A stretch of DNA of 64,000 bases from Zygnema circumcarinatum SAG 698-1b (GCA_037447605.1 CM074810.1:1708880-1772879), one strand, 5' to 3'. Positions 46,651 to 58,772 are shown, counted from the first letter of the stretch. Program-made: numbers and translations. Notes: generated from the letters alone by a model not told the origin.

Positions 46651-47370
46651 GGTTAGTGCTAAATCCACCCCTTTTCTGGATCGACACAACCCTTTTTTCG
46701 CCGGGCAGATTTTAAAATCGACAAAAAAGGTTTAAGAACGAAGAATGAGAACGGAAAATGCTTATTTCACACATTTTTGGAATCGATACCCACCTTTTCC
46801 CGTAGGGCAGATTTTATTTTTGCAAAACAAGGAAAATGATACCCCGTCACCCCATTTTGGATATCCCGCCCCTGTTTTTGTTTTTCAGGGAAAAAAATAT
46901 CGGCCTGCCCGAAAATCCGCTCCGAGCGGAAGATCTGTCCGCCGAGATCGTTCGCGGGTGTCCGTCCTTTACACGTGTAATAAATTTCAGCCGTCGATTC
47001 CTCGCAGATAGCATCACGGCAAATTACCGTTCGATCAGCAGCCGGGCTCGGTCCCAGCGAATAGCACGTGCCCACGTGTCCCGCCAAAGCCGGCTCAAAC
47101 GATCTTCCGCTGCAAGCGGATTCGGGCAGGCCAATATTTTTTTCTCTCAAAAAAAAAATTCAGGAAGGCGAGATATTCAAAATGGGTTGACGGGGTATCA
47201 TTTTTCTTGTTTGCAAAAATAAAATGTGCCCGACAGAAAAAGCTATGTATCGATTCCGAAAAGGTGTGCAAGAAGCATTTTCCGTTTTAAACCTTTTTTG
47301 TCCATTTTAAAATCTGCCCTGCGGAAAAAGGGGTGTATCGATCCAAAAAAGGAGTGGATTTAGCACTACC
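46651..47370. mobile_element. Non-autonomous long-TIR (foldback/MULE-like or hAT-like) element, ~720 bp
   Basis: Left GG(T)TAGTGCTAAATCCACCCCTTTT...GGGCAGATTTTAAAAT versus right ...ATTTTAAAATCTGCCC...AAAAGGAGTGGATTTAGCACTACC; ~200-bp imperfect inverted arms. No clear TSD. Confidence 0.75.
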
Positions 47371-48075
47371 ATTTTTCTTTCGCATTAGCATTCGACCCCT
47401 CTTGTTTTTGCCGCTAGGAACGCGCCATGTGGCGGGATAACACTGATATGCCACGTGGCGCGTTTTGACTGGATGGAGGATTCGGCCCCTGCCAACAGCG
47501 AACCGACGGAGCCGCAGTTTCACGGAACAGAGCCGCTATCGCACTTGTGAACTGTTGAGTGTTGACCTGTGAAAGAGAAAGCTACCCTGCTCTGCCGCAT
47601 GACGTGACGCGACGTGACGAGTTGAGTTGTGATGAAAATCTGGGTTCTGAATCTGAATTTTCGAATAGCTATTTTTGAGACAACTATTTGTTTTTGCGTT
47701 GCCGTAGGCAAAAGCTTTGTCATCGTTTTCATCCGTACGATTATTCGATTAAGGTGTCAAAGATGATTTTGATGAAAATGGGGTATAATTTCCGCGAGTG
47801 TGACGTTGCCACGTCGCGCGTCCTGATTGGTGTTCTCTTCGTTGGATCGAATGCGGTTAAAATGGGGTATATCGCGTATTTATGTACTCATAATTACGTT
47901 TCGTTTCAACGGACAGCGTTGAAACGAAACGTTATTCAGTTATGCTTTTATCCAGTTAGAAATTGCCACGTTGGTATTGTGGTGTTTTTTTGGATCGTTT
48001 GTAAGATATGGGGTATGTTTTTTATCCAGTCGGGTGTTGCCACGTAGCCCTAAAATGGGAAAAAAAATCAAAAAA

Positions 48076-48155
48076 AAACCACACACAAACTTGACGACAG
48101 AATGATTTGACGACAGAATGATGTGTCATTCTGTCGTCAAGTTTGTGTGTGGTTT
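48076..48155. repeat. Perfect 30-bp inverted repeat with a 20-nt spacer
   Basis: AAACCACACACAAACTTGACGACAGAATGA (48076-48105) and its exact reverse complement (48126-48155). Confidence 0.9.
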
Positions 48156-48871
48156 AAAAAAAAATTTTTTTTTTTTTTTTTTTTTGGATTGTGGAACGGA
48201 ATGTGGTATACGTGTTATCCAGTCAGAGATTGCGACGTGGGTGTTGTGTGTTTTCTTGATTTTTTGTAGGAAATGGGTCTTATTTTATTCAATCAAGTGT
48301 TGCCACGTTGCCAATAATTTTTGATGTTTATCGATGTTTTCAATTTCTATATTATCGTTAATTCCACGTAAGATGTTTTTAAAATGGCGGACTGGCCNNN
48401 NNNNNNNTTTTTTTTTTTTTTTTCTTATTTGTAGAAAAATCACACACGCAAATTCTGCCGCACACAAAAACACTCGCAGAGAAAAAAAAAAAAACAATGT
48501 AATTATTACAACATTAGGCCTTCTGTTGTAATATTATTTTGTTTTTTTTTTTTTTTTTTCTATTTTCAGATAAAAGAATGCGCACAGTCAGACAAACATA
48601 CAGACATAGCCACACACACGCCGACACTCACATAATGGAAAAAAACAAAAACATTATTAAAGAAGAAAAAGAAAAGGAAAAAAAAAAGGTAAAAGCTCTC
48701 TCTCTCTCTTTCTTTTCTTCCTCTTGTCTTCTACCATTCTTCCTACCGGTTTACCTCTACAACTCTTCTGTCTTTCTGAAAACTATAAAATTGGGAGGAA
48801 TGAGAAATTGAAGTACGAACCTGTTTTGATGCGGATTTCCAAGTTTGACGATTTCCGCTCTTTTCGATCTT

Positions 48872-49170
48872 CGTTATCTCCAGGACTGGGTCCTTCAGAA
48901 ATCAAAGTACGGTTATTTGTCATTTTACATATGAAAATAAACATAGATACGAACCTTTTCGGTGTTTCTGATTTTCGTTATCTCCAGGACTGGGTCCTTC
49001 AGAAATCAAATTAGGGTTATTTGTCTTTTTACATATGAAAATAAACATAGATACGAACCTTATCGGTGTTTCGGAATTTCGTTATCTCCAGGACTGGGTC
49101 CTTCAGAAATCAAATTAGGGTTATTTGTCATTTTACATATGAAAATAAAAATAGATACGAACCTTATCTT
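48872..49170. repeat. Tandem repeat, 104-bp unit, ~3 copies
   Basis: CGTTATCTCCAGGACTGGGTCCTTCAGAAATCAAA... starts at 48872, 48976 and 49080. Confidence 0.92.
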
Positions 49171-49204
49171 AGTCGAAAATTCCACATAAGAGGTTTTTAA
49201 AATG

Positions 49205-49445
49205 GCGGACTAGCCGACAGACAAAGTCTTTATAGTCCAGAGGACTGGCGGACTGGCCGACAGACTGACGGACGGACACAGGAACTGGCCGACAAACCGA
49301 CCGACAAACCGACTAACTCACAGACTGGCCGACGACCGACTGACTGACTGACTGACGGACACACACACTGGCCGACAGACAGACGACTGACTAACGGACA
49401 GACTGACAGACTTCCCGACAACCTGACAAGCTAACGGACTGACTT
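49205..49445. repeat. Degenerate (GACW/GACG/GCCGAC)n simple-repeat tract
   Basis: GGACTGGCCGACAGACTGACGGACGGACAC...GACTGACTGACTGACTGACGG. Confidence 0.8.
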
Positions 49446-51040
49446 GTTAGTTAGTAACTTTCATCTCCATCAACACCTTCTTCTTCCTTCCATACACCAT
49501 TCTTCCTTCAGTACACTTCTCCTTTTCTTCTTTCTTCTTCTTCCATCTCCTTTCCACCATCTTTCCTTCACCACAATCCTCCTACTTTTTCGTCTTTCTC
49601 ATTTCCACCATTACATCTCTTCACACAATCTAAGCTCTTCATCTTCGCTTTCTTCTTTCTTCTATTACAACACTCCATTTTTGCTCACAGCTGATGAGAA
49701 GAATTACGAGGAAAAACAGAAGAAACCGTCTAGTGAGTAGCCGAGCGTAAAAACACGTTTGTTCAGAGAATATAAACAACTGTGTAGTATGATATTGGCG
49801 TATTTCACAATATTCTCGTCATCGAAACGTCGTCGGCGTCACCGAAGCGGCACGAAACTGGTCGTTTTTGTTTTTGTTTTACGTAATCCGGTGATTGTGA
49901 TTGTCGGTGGACAATGCCTGAAACGGGCTGTTTGCGACCGTACAAGTCTTCGGGGGTTTGCGCGTACTGTAGCGCGCGCATGAAGATTGGGCAGAAATGT
50001 AGTTGTACGGAGCGGCGCGCTGGTGTACGGCCAGCGGAGCGCTGATTGGTCGCGGCGCGAGTGCGGAGCGTGGAGCGCGCGACATGTGGCGCGACGGATG
50101 GAGATCAACGGTGGTGCACGAAGCGGCGGAACGAAGCGTCAGTGGAGTCGCTTCAGAATGTCGGCTACGAATCAAGTGTCGCCACGTGGACCACTCATGT
50201 AGCAGCCGGAAAATGGCGAAGGGGACCTGACGGGCAGAGAATCTGTACGGCAGTCAATCTGTAGGTCGGTCGTCGAACGTCAACGTCGGAACGTCGTCGA
50301 CGTCACCGTACCGGCACGAAACGGCTCTATTCGGACAATCGTCTTTTGGACGAGGATGTGGCCCTTTTTTGTACGGTTTTCGTAATCGGGGGATTGTGAT
50401 TGTCGGTTGACAATGCCCGAAACGGCATGTTTGTACCGGGGTGGGTTGGTAAACCGTAACAGCTTGTTTTGTCAAACACGGGACACGCAAGATTTGGAAT
50501 GGTTCGGTTGACAACGCCCGAAACGGTTATGGTGTTGGTCAAATTAATCACAGCTCCAACATACCAGGCTAAAAAAAGTATTTAATGAAAATGGGGTATA
50601 GTTGCCACGAGTCTGACGTTGCAACGTCGCGCGTCCGGATTTGTTGTGCTTTTCGTTGGATCGAATGCGCAGAAAATGGGGTATATCGCGTAACCATTCA
50701 GTCATTGCCAAGTGTCGTTTTCTACGTACGACAGCGTTCGATTTGAATGTTTTATGTGACCTACGGATTCGATTAGGTTGTCAAAGATGAATTTAAAGAA
50801 AATGGGGTATAGTTGCCGCAAGTCTGACGTTGCCACGTCGCGCGACCTGATTGGTTGTACGTTTCATTGAATTGAATGCGCAGAAAATGGGATATATCGC
50901 GTACCCATTCAGCTTATGTGTTCGACCAGTTTCCGTTTCAGTTCACTTCACATAATTAAGGTTCGAAGACATTTCTATAAAAGGGCAACGCACGAGGATC
51001 TTGATCCGCAGCCTGTTATTTTTGAAGCTTTCTATTTTTT

Positions 51041-51983
51041 GGGTAGTGATATTTCCACCCCTTTTTTGGATCCAAACACCCCTTCCCGGCCGGGCAGATT
51101 TCAAAAAGGATTAAAAACGGAAAATGCTTTTTTCACACCTTTTTGGAATCGATACCCACCCTCCATCGGCAGATTTTATTTTTGCGAAACAAGGAAAATG
51201 ATAACCCGTCACCCCATTTTGAATATCCCGCCTACCTGAATTTCTTTTCACGCGTGCGGTCAATCACAGCCGTCGATTCCCTCGCAAATCCCAACATGAC
51301 AGATCACTATTTGATCTGCAGCCGGGCTCGGTCACAGCGAATGGCACGAGCCCACGTATCCCGCCGAAGTCGCCTCGACAGTTTGTTTGTACAAATGTCG
51401 TACGGTCGCAACTTTGAGGAACCCAAAATTTCGTACATTGAGAGCTTGGACCAATCAAAATTTTCCACGTAATGTAACACGTGGCAGCTGTTGATTGGCT
51501 GGGAGCTAACAATGACGAGATCTCGCCGATGGACGGGCGCACTCGCAAGTGCGATCCGGCTTTGACGGGACTCGTGGGCGCTTTCCATTCGCTAAGATCG
51601 AGCCCGGCTGCAGATCGAACGGTGATCTGCAGTGGTGCGATCTGTGAGGGAATCGACAGTTGCGATTGCCACGCTCGTGTGAAGGACGGACACCCGCGAA
51701 CGATCTCGTGGCGGACGGAACTTTCGCTCCGAGCGGATTCGGGCAGGCAGATATTTCATTCCCCCAAAAAAAAAATTCAGGGAGGCGGGATACAGTATTC
51801 AAAATGCGGTGACGGGGTATCATTTTCCTTGGTTAGCAAAAATAAAATCAGCCGACGGAAGAAGGTGGGTATCGATTCCAAAAAGGTGTGAAAAAAGCAT
51901 TTTCCGTTTTTAATCCCTTTTGGAATCTGCCCGGCCGGGAAGGGGTGTTTGGATCCAAAAAAGGGGTGGAAATATCACTACCC
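51041..51983. mobile_element. Apparently intact 943-bp non-autonomous foldback-type TIR element with candidate 8-bp TSD TATTTTTT
   Basis: GGGTAGTGATATTTCCACCCCTTTTTTGGATCCAAACACCCCTTCCCGGCCGGGCAGATT is mirrored exactly at the right end. Arms are near-identical for ~200 bp and similar to ~350 bp. TATTTTTT lies at 51033-51040 and 51984-51991. Confidence 0.85.
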
Positions 51984-52986
51984 TATTTTTTTCTTGAAAA
52001 ACCATTGATACCGTACGGTAGCACAATGATGGCAGGTCATGATGACATGTACGGTATTGGGGTCAAGAGTGGCCAATGGGACAAAACTGAAATCCGTTCC
52101 GTGGCCCCATCGCACGTCACTGAGAATCCCGAGAGCGGGCCCTCACTGTCCCACGTACAGCACTAGTACTTCGCACACTGATAATACAACGACATACAGA
52201 ATCGCGCAGTATGGATTCTGTTATTATCTTTTCGGAAGCATCCATTCGGGGCACCTACGCTAACTTTTCAGCTTCAAATCCATTTTGAGATTTCTTGTCG
52301 GGTTTGCGGCCCCTCCCATTTGTCCACGTGGCAATTCGGTTCAAAGCCACACGTGCGGAAGCCTCCCTTGTCGGATGCGCCGGCGCAGCCAGTCGGCGGC
52401 CATCAGTTGGCGTTGTAAAGTCGGTGCACCGTGCGGTGACCTCGCAGACTTGGTGTCAGAGTTCGAACCTTGAGATCGGCAGAATTTCAAATGCACCTTG
52501 AATGAGGCAGTGTCCAGGTGCATTCTCCATTGCGGGCGCTCGCCCTGTGCTTTGACAGAGCGGCCGAGCAGAGGACCTTTCTGACAGACAGACAGCGCAG
52601 TCTTCGAAGTACAGAAACTTGATTTCCAAAAAGTCATACCACGTCTGCATCGTAGACTAAGCACCCAAAAAAAAAAAAAAAAAGCATAAAACCCGAATTA
52701 TTATTGTTAATATTATTCAACCCGAATAAATCCTTTCCTCGAACCCCACACTCAGAACAGTGAATTGGCTCATGACCAGTGCGCCATGTCCTTCACATGC
52801 ATGCATGCATGCATGGCATGTATGGGTCATGGCATGCCATCCCCCTAAAGAATGCATGGCGTCCCGCCCATAGCCACGGATGGGACGTCTCGACGGATTA
52901 TTGGTTATGCTATGGTACAGCCGCCTCCCATACCTCATGGTACAAATACCCACCTAAAAATATTAAAAAAATTTATACCCTCTAGT

Positions 52987-55900
52987 TTAATCGCTCCATT
53001 TACAATACTGCCCCCCCGCCAGCGCCCGGTAGTAGCGGTCTTGGCAGTACACGGGCCGCCCTTTTGCCGCCGCCGCCGCCGCAGCCGCCAAGTCGTCGTC
53101 ATCCATCACTTCCACTGGGAGCTTCGTCAAGTCACGAATCCTGTGGGAGAGGGAGAGGGAGAGAGAGAGAGAGAGGGAGGAGGAGAAAGGGTGGGGGAGG
53201 GAGAGGGAGAGGGAGAGAGGGAGAGGGAGAGGGAGGGAGAGAGAGAGAGAGAGAGGGAGGAGGAGAAAGGGTGGGGAGGGAGAGGGAGAGGGAGAGAGGG
53301 AGAGAGGGAGAGGGAAAGAAGGGGAGTGGGGGGGAAGGCGAGAGAGGGAGAGGGAGGGAGGGAGAGAGAGGGAGGAGCAGAAAGGGGGGAGGGGAGGAGG
53401 GAGAGGGAGAGAGGGAGAGGGAGGAGAAGAACGGGGGGAGGGGGAGAGGGAGAGAGAGGGAGTGGGAGGGAGGGAGAGATGGAGGGAGGGGGAGGGGAGG
53501 AGGGAGAGAGAGGGAGAGAGAGGGGGGGGAGAGGAAGAGAGAGGGAGGGGGAGCGGGGAGAAGGGAGAAAGGAGCGGAAAAGAGGGGGAGAGGGGGGGGG
53601 CAGGGGGGAAGGTTGGGGGTGGGGGAGTGAGAGAAGTAAGCCTTAGAACATATATACACACACCGTTCCCATGTTCAATCGTCATTCAACAAAACAGCGT
53701 TAACTCAAAGCTCATGTAACTGAGATGATATCTGCTTGCTATTAACCATTCGTTAATTGTCACTGGTCGTTTATTGTTTTGATATTTTTCGTTTCCATGA
53801 GGCTATCCGTTCCATGTGCCGTACCGGACTCCGTTTTGGTTCCGTGGAACGTAAACAAAGCCTTCCTCTGCGGCGGGAGGGAGGACGAGGACCAAAGCGA
53901 TGATGACGGCGGTGAGGAGAGAGGCGGAGCCGATTAGGGTTTGCTTCAGGCGGGCCATGACGGGTTTGACCTAAACCAAAGGAAAAGGAAAGAAGTGCGG
54001 GAGGGGAAGGGGGAGGGAGGGAGGGAGGGAGGGAGGGAGGGAGGGAGGGAGGGAGNNNNNNNNNNACGGGTTTGACCTAAACCAAAGGAAAAGGAAAGAA
54101 GTGCGGGAGGGGAAGGGGGAGGGAGGGAGGGAGGGAGGGAGGGAGGGAGGGAGGGAGGGAGNNNNNNNNNNCCCTCCCTCTCCCTCTCCCTCTCCGTCTC
54201 CCTCTCCCTCTCCCTCTCCCTCACCTCCGGAGGCTTCACCCACAGCTGCCCGTCGTACCAGCCTGTTTCCTCATAGGGAACAACCGCAGAGAGAAGCCGA
54301 TTGCCCACGTAACTCCATCCCTGCACAGAAAGAAAAAAGAGAGAGGAAAGAGGAGAGAGAGAGGGTGAGAGAGAGGAAGAGAGAGGGAGAGAGGGATGGA
54401 CAGAAGGAAGGGTGGGGAGGAGATAAAAAAGGGGCGAGGTGGATGAGAGGGAAAAAGGGAGAAGGAAGAGAATGGGGGAGGAGAGAGATTTTTGGAGGGG
54501 GCGAAGAGAGACCGAGTAATAGGGCGGATAGAGAGAGAGTGAGGGGGGAGGGTTCACGGGGGAAAGAGAGTATAGCGCGGGAAAAGAGAATAGGCTCTCT
54601 TTTTTCTCTCCCTGTGAGCCTCTCTGTCTCACTTCCGTACCTTCCCCCTTTCCATGTACTTGCCCACTCTCCCTCCACACTACGCTCCTCCTCCACCTTC
54701 TCTCTCTGTTTCTCACACGCTCACTGCTACCCTCTCCCTCTCCTCTCACGCTCTGTCCCTCTCTCTTCTCCCTCCTCTCTCCTCTTCACTGGCTTACCAA
54801 ATATATGCGTAGTAGAAGCACAGCGACTGCAAAAAGTGCTCCGGCTCCTCCGGAGAGAACAAACTCAAGGGGCATCTGCTTAGAGAAAAAGAGAGAGAGA
54901 AAATATTACAAAATTGAACCTCAATTTTGAGAAAAAAACCCTAAATACACCAATCATGCGTCCAAATATTTTACACAACTGGACCTCCAGACCAAGAAAG
55001 GTCAACATGTGGCCAAAGGAGTTTGACTTTCAGCGGATGTCAACTTGCCTTTGACGGCGCAAATGATTGCGATGCGATGGGTCCTCCAAGAAAGACAAAA
55101 AATGCCGACCACAGTGATCCTATCCGCAGCCAAAAGTCAACGGGGCTCAGCTGCGCCCATGAGTACAGGGCACCCTCGCGAAGGGCCGCCAGCTCGTTCA
55201 CCTGCCGCCAAAAAAACCCTAATTTTAGGGTTTAGAATAAAGGGAAACCCTAACGTTGGGGTTCAGAATCAATGGGAAACCCTAATTTCAGGGTTCAGAA
55301 TCAAAGGGAAACCCTAATGTTGGGAATCAGAGGGAAACCCTAATTTTAGGGTTCATAGTCAAAGGGAAACCCTAATGTTAGAGTTCAGAATCAAAGGGAA
55401 ACCTTAATGTTGGGGTTCAGAATCAAACGGAAACCCTGATTTTGGCAATTTTTGGGATTCAGGTTTTCAAGTAAAAACCTCAATTTAGGGTTTTAAAATC
55501 CCTAGTCCCAGATCCATCCTTCTACCAATACAAGGAACCCGTCNNNNNNNNNNCCCTCCCTCTCCCTCTCCCTCTCCGTCTCCCTCTCCCTCTCCCTCTC
55601 CCCCTCACCTCCGGAGGCTTCACCCACAGCTGCCCGTCGTACCAGCCTGTTTCCTCATAGGGAACAACCGCAGAGAGAAGCCGATTGCCCACGTAACTCC
55701 ATCCCTGCACAGAAAGAAAAAAGAGAGAGGAAAGAGGAGAGAGAGAGGGTGAGAGAGAGGAAGAGAGAGGGAGAGAGGGATGGACAGAAGGAAGGGTGGG
55801 GAGGAGATAAAAAAGGGGCGAGGTGGATGAGAGGGAAAAAGGGAGAAGGAAGAGAATGGGGGAGGAGAGAGATTTTTGGAGGGGGCGAAGAGAGACCGAG

Positions 55901-57527
55901 TAATAGGGCGGATAGAGAGAGAGTGAGGGGGGAGGGTTCACGGGGGAAAGAGAGTATAGCGCGGGAAAAGAGAATAGGCTCTCTTTTTTCTCTCCCTGTG
56001 AGCCTCTCTGTCTCACTTCCGTACCTTCCCCCTTTCCATGTACTTGCCCACTCTCCCTCCACACTACGCTCCTCCTCCACCTTCTCTCTCTGTTTCTCAC
56101 ACGCTCACTGCTACCCTCTCCCTCTCCTCTCACGCTCTGTCCCTCTCTCTTCTCCCTCCTCTCTCCTCTTCACTGGCTTACCAAATATATGCGTAGTAGA
56201 AGCACAGCGACTGCAAAAAGTGCTCCGGCTCCTCCGGAGAGAACAAACTCAAGGGGCATCTGCTTAGAGAAAAAGAGAGAGAGAAAATATTACAAAATTG
56301 AACCTCAATTTTGAGAAAAAAACCCTAAATACACCAATCATGCGTCCAAATATTTTACACAACTGGACCTCCAGACCAAGAAAGGTCAACATGTGGCCAA
56401 AGGAGTTTGACTTTCAGCGGATGTCAACTTGCCTTTGACGGCGCAAATGATTGCGATGCGATGGGTCCTCCAAGAAAGACAAAAAATGCCGACCACAGTG
56501 ATCCTATCCGCAGCCAAAAGTCAACGGGGCTCAGCTGCGCCCATGAGTACAGGGCACCCTCGCGAAGGGCCGCCAGCTCGTTCACCTGCCGCCAAAAAAA
56601 CCCTAATTTTAGGGTTTAGAATAAAGGGAAACCCTAACGTTGGGGTTCAGAATCAATGGGAAACCCTAATTTCAGGGTTCAGAATCAAAGGGAAACCCTA
56701 ATGTTGGGAATCAGAGGGAAACCCTAATTTTAGGGTTCATAGTCAAAGGGAAACCCTAATGTTAGAGTTCAGAATCAAAGGGAAACCTTAATGTTGGGGT
56801 TCAGAATCAAACGGAAACCCTGATTTTGGCAATTTTTGGGATTCAGGTTTTCAAGTAAAAACCTCAATTTAGGGTTTTAAAATCCCTAGTCCCAGATCCA
56901 TCCTTCTACCAATACAAGGAACCCGTCAAGCTATTAAAAACCGAAAACTAAAAACTAAAAACCATAAACCATAAACCGAAAACAGAGACCCAGCAACAGA
57001 CATGCCACATGGCTCATCACCGGCCGTTGATCTGCCGGCACCGCTATCTCCAGATCACGCCACGTGTCCTCTCCACGACTCCTCTCGCCCTCCTCGCTTC
57101 CCCCCAAAGCGCCACGTGTCACCCCCGCGCCTCTTCTGAATCCTAAGCCCTTCCTGGACCCTAAAACCCTTATTCTAATTTCAAACTTATTACAAAATTG
57201 TCCCGAAAGTCCATCCCTTAGATTTTCCTGCCTGCCCGTTTCCTCCTTCGCCTGCCACGTGCCAGCCCCTGCGAGCGCCACGTGTTTGAAGCCGCCGCCC
57301 AACAGTGTCCAGCATGCCGCCATGCCACGTGGCGCAACCACGGAATGACACTTACGTCCACGTGGGTGCGGCACGTGCCGCCACGTGTCCTTCTCGACCG
57401 CCTGGAAACCGTAAAAAGTATTTGCCCCGAGATTCAGAGAATCGCGCGGAGTGAAGGTTCGAACTTTGAACCGGAAGTTTCGAAACTGGCAACTGAACTG
57501 GACTGGTTGAATTTCACGCAGTTCCAT
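52987..57527 (-). CDS. CGLD27: Plastid-targeted Ycf36/DUF1230 protein; exons include 57135-57021, 56585-56433 (dup 55201-55049), 54875-54798, 54320-54225, 53970-53825, 53140-52987; one ~12-codon exon is missing in the N gaps; 5' end uncertain
   Basis: EIAVPADQRP|VNELAALREGALYSWAQL...GGPIASQSFAPSK|MPLEF...LLLRIYL|GWSYVGNRLLSAVVPYEETGWYDGQLWVKPPE|..|VKPVMARLKQTLIGS...|DDDLAAAAAAAKGRPVYCQDRYYRALAGGQYCKW: DUF1230 core plus the plant CGLD27 C-terminus. Confidence 0.92.
54172..56927. repeat. Identical direct duplication (54172-55543 = ~55554-56927, offset 1384) across a 10-N gap; also a 96-bp duplicate 53960-54055/54066-54161; probable assembly artefacts
   Basis: ORFs repeat identically at +1384 (55023/56407, 55045/56429, 54271/55655). 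Confidence 0.85.
55215..55445. repeat. Intronic minisatellite of ~8 units (~32 bp), each built on a telo-box AAACCCTAA (artefactual second copy ~56599-56829)
   Basis: Consensus AAACCCTAAT(T/G)TT(A/G)GGGTTCAGAATCAAAGGG. Confidence 0.85.
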
Positions 57528-58772
57528 GTCTCGAGCGCGGACCAGTTCCAGTCAAAACGTTTGTCATGGTTTTGTTCATGTACACGTCAATGAACTCAGT
57601 ACTCAGTTCCTATGAGAAGAGCTCCTCCCTCCCCTCTCCCTCCTCCCTCCATCCCTCTCCCTCCTCCCCTCTCTCACTCTCTTTTTCTCTCCACGGTCTC
57701 TACCGCTACCTCCTCACAACTCTCCTAATCCCCTTGTGTAGGCATTTCCTTGTACCGCCCCTTTAGGAAAACAAGAGAGGAAGAAGGAGACTTTGAAAAC
57801 AGTGATAAAACCCTATAGCTTGTTGCGAGGCCAATTTTGCTTCCATTCAGCTTCTCACGATTTCAATTGTCATTGCATTTTCTTATCTCACTCTTCTCAT
57901 GTCTCCTATTCTCTGCCGTTCCTCTTTTTTTCTTTCGAGGTTTTTCCTCCCTTTCCTATCTGCGATATTTCTCTATTTTTCAACAAACCACCGGTTCCTT
58001 GGACGTATTCACACATTTATCCGTTTCAAGCTCTCCTCCACACCTTCTTCCTCTCTTCGTCTTTCTCTCTCTCTCCATTGTTACCACTACACTCCCTTTA
58101 TTTTCCCTCCCTTTTAGGGTCTTCCCATCTTCTTTTTTGGGTACAGTTTTAAAGGTCGCGTATTAACTTTAGATTTTCTCAGTTTCCATGCATGTCACGA
58201 TTACACAACGACGTCACCATCACCACCATCATCATCAAACAGACAATATCCAGAAGCAAAATTTTAAGAAAATCTCAAACCAAAAGATTCAAAGCCACAA
58301 ACTTTCTGTTAAGAGATCCGAAATGGCTTTAATTTCAATCCCTTACAATAGAACTGCAATGGCTCCAACAGAGATGCCTCCTTATACACGCTCCCTCTTC
58401 CAACCACCCAAACGTCTCCTACTCTCGAAAGCCTCTCCCTCTCCTTATCCATCTCTCTCTCTCTTTCTCCCTCTCCCTCTCCCTTCCTACCAGAAAGACC
58501 ACTGCAGTTTTAAGTTATCTCAACAGTTGTCCAATTCGCAACAACCAGTTACCTCCGAACATCCCTCAATAAAACGAAGAACTCAAAATAAATTCTTCAA
58601 AATCCCCTCAAACTCTGCGAGCCTCTCCCTCTCTCGCTCTCTCCCCCCCCCCTTCCCATTTTAGGGACCCCCACTTTCAAATCCAATTTCATTGAGTATT
58701 AGCTCAACTCTATCTCATCCCCTCTCTCCCACTACCTCTCCCTTTGTCACAAACACCGTCAAATTAAGGGCT

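Larger units (their letters stand above)
47745..50910. repeat. Three dispersed ~140-bp direct repeats (~47745-47880, ~50580-50715, ~50765-50910), probably subterminal repeats of a degraded DNA transposon
   Basis: Shared GAAAATGGGGTATA..TGACGTTGC(C/A)ACGTCGCGCG..ATT(G/T)GT..T(C/T)GAATGCG..AAAATGG(G)..ATATCGCGTA. Confidence 0.7.

Noticed and set aside
48872-49170. Possible CRISPR-like array
   Set aside because: Units are contiguous 104-bp tandem copies with no unique spacers; eukaryotic context and no cas genes.
49691-49732. CAG|CTGATGAG...TCTA|GTGAGT: possible orphan 42-nt exon, also a CTGATGA hammerhead-like core
   Set aside because: No partner exons found, and no stem II or GAAA geometry for a hammerhead. 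The same holds for the CTGATGA at ~26700 and ~60626.
54172-56927. Apparent internal exon duplication in CGLD27
   Set aside because: Identical copies flanking a 10-N gap; treated as an assembly artefact.
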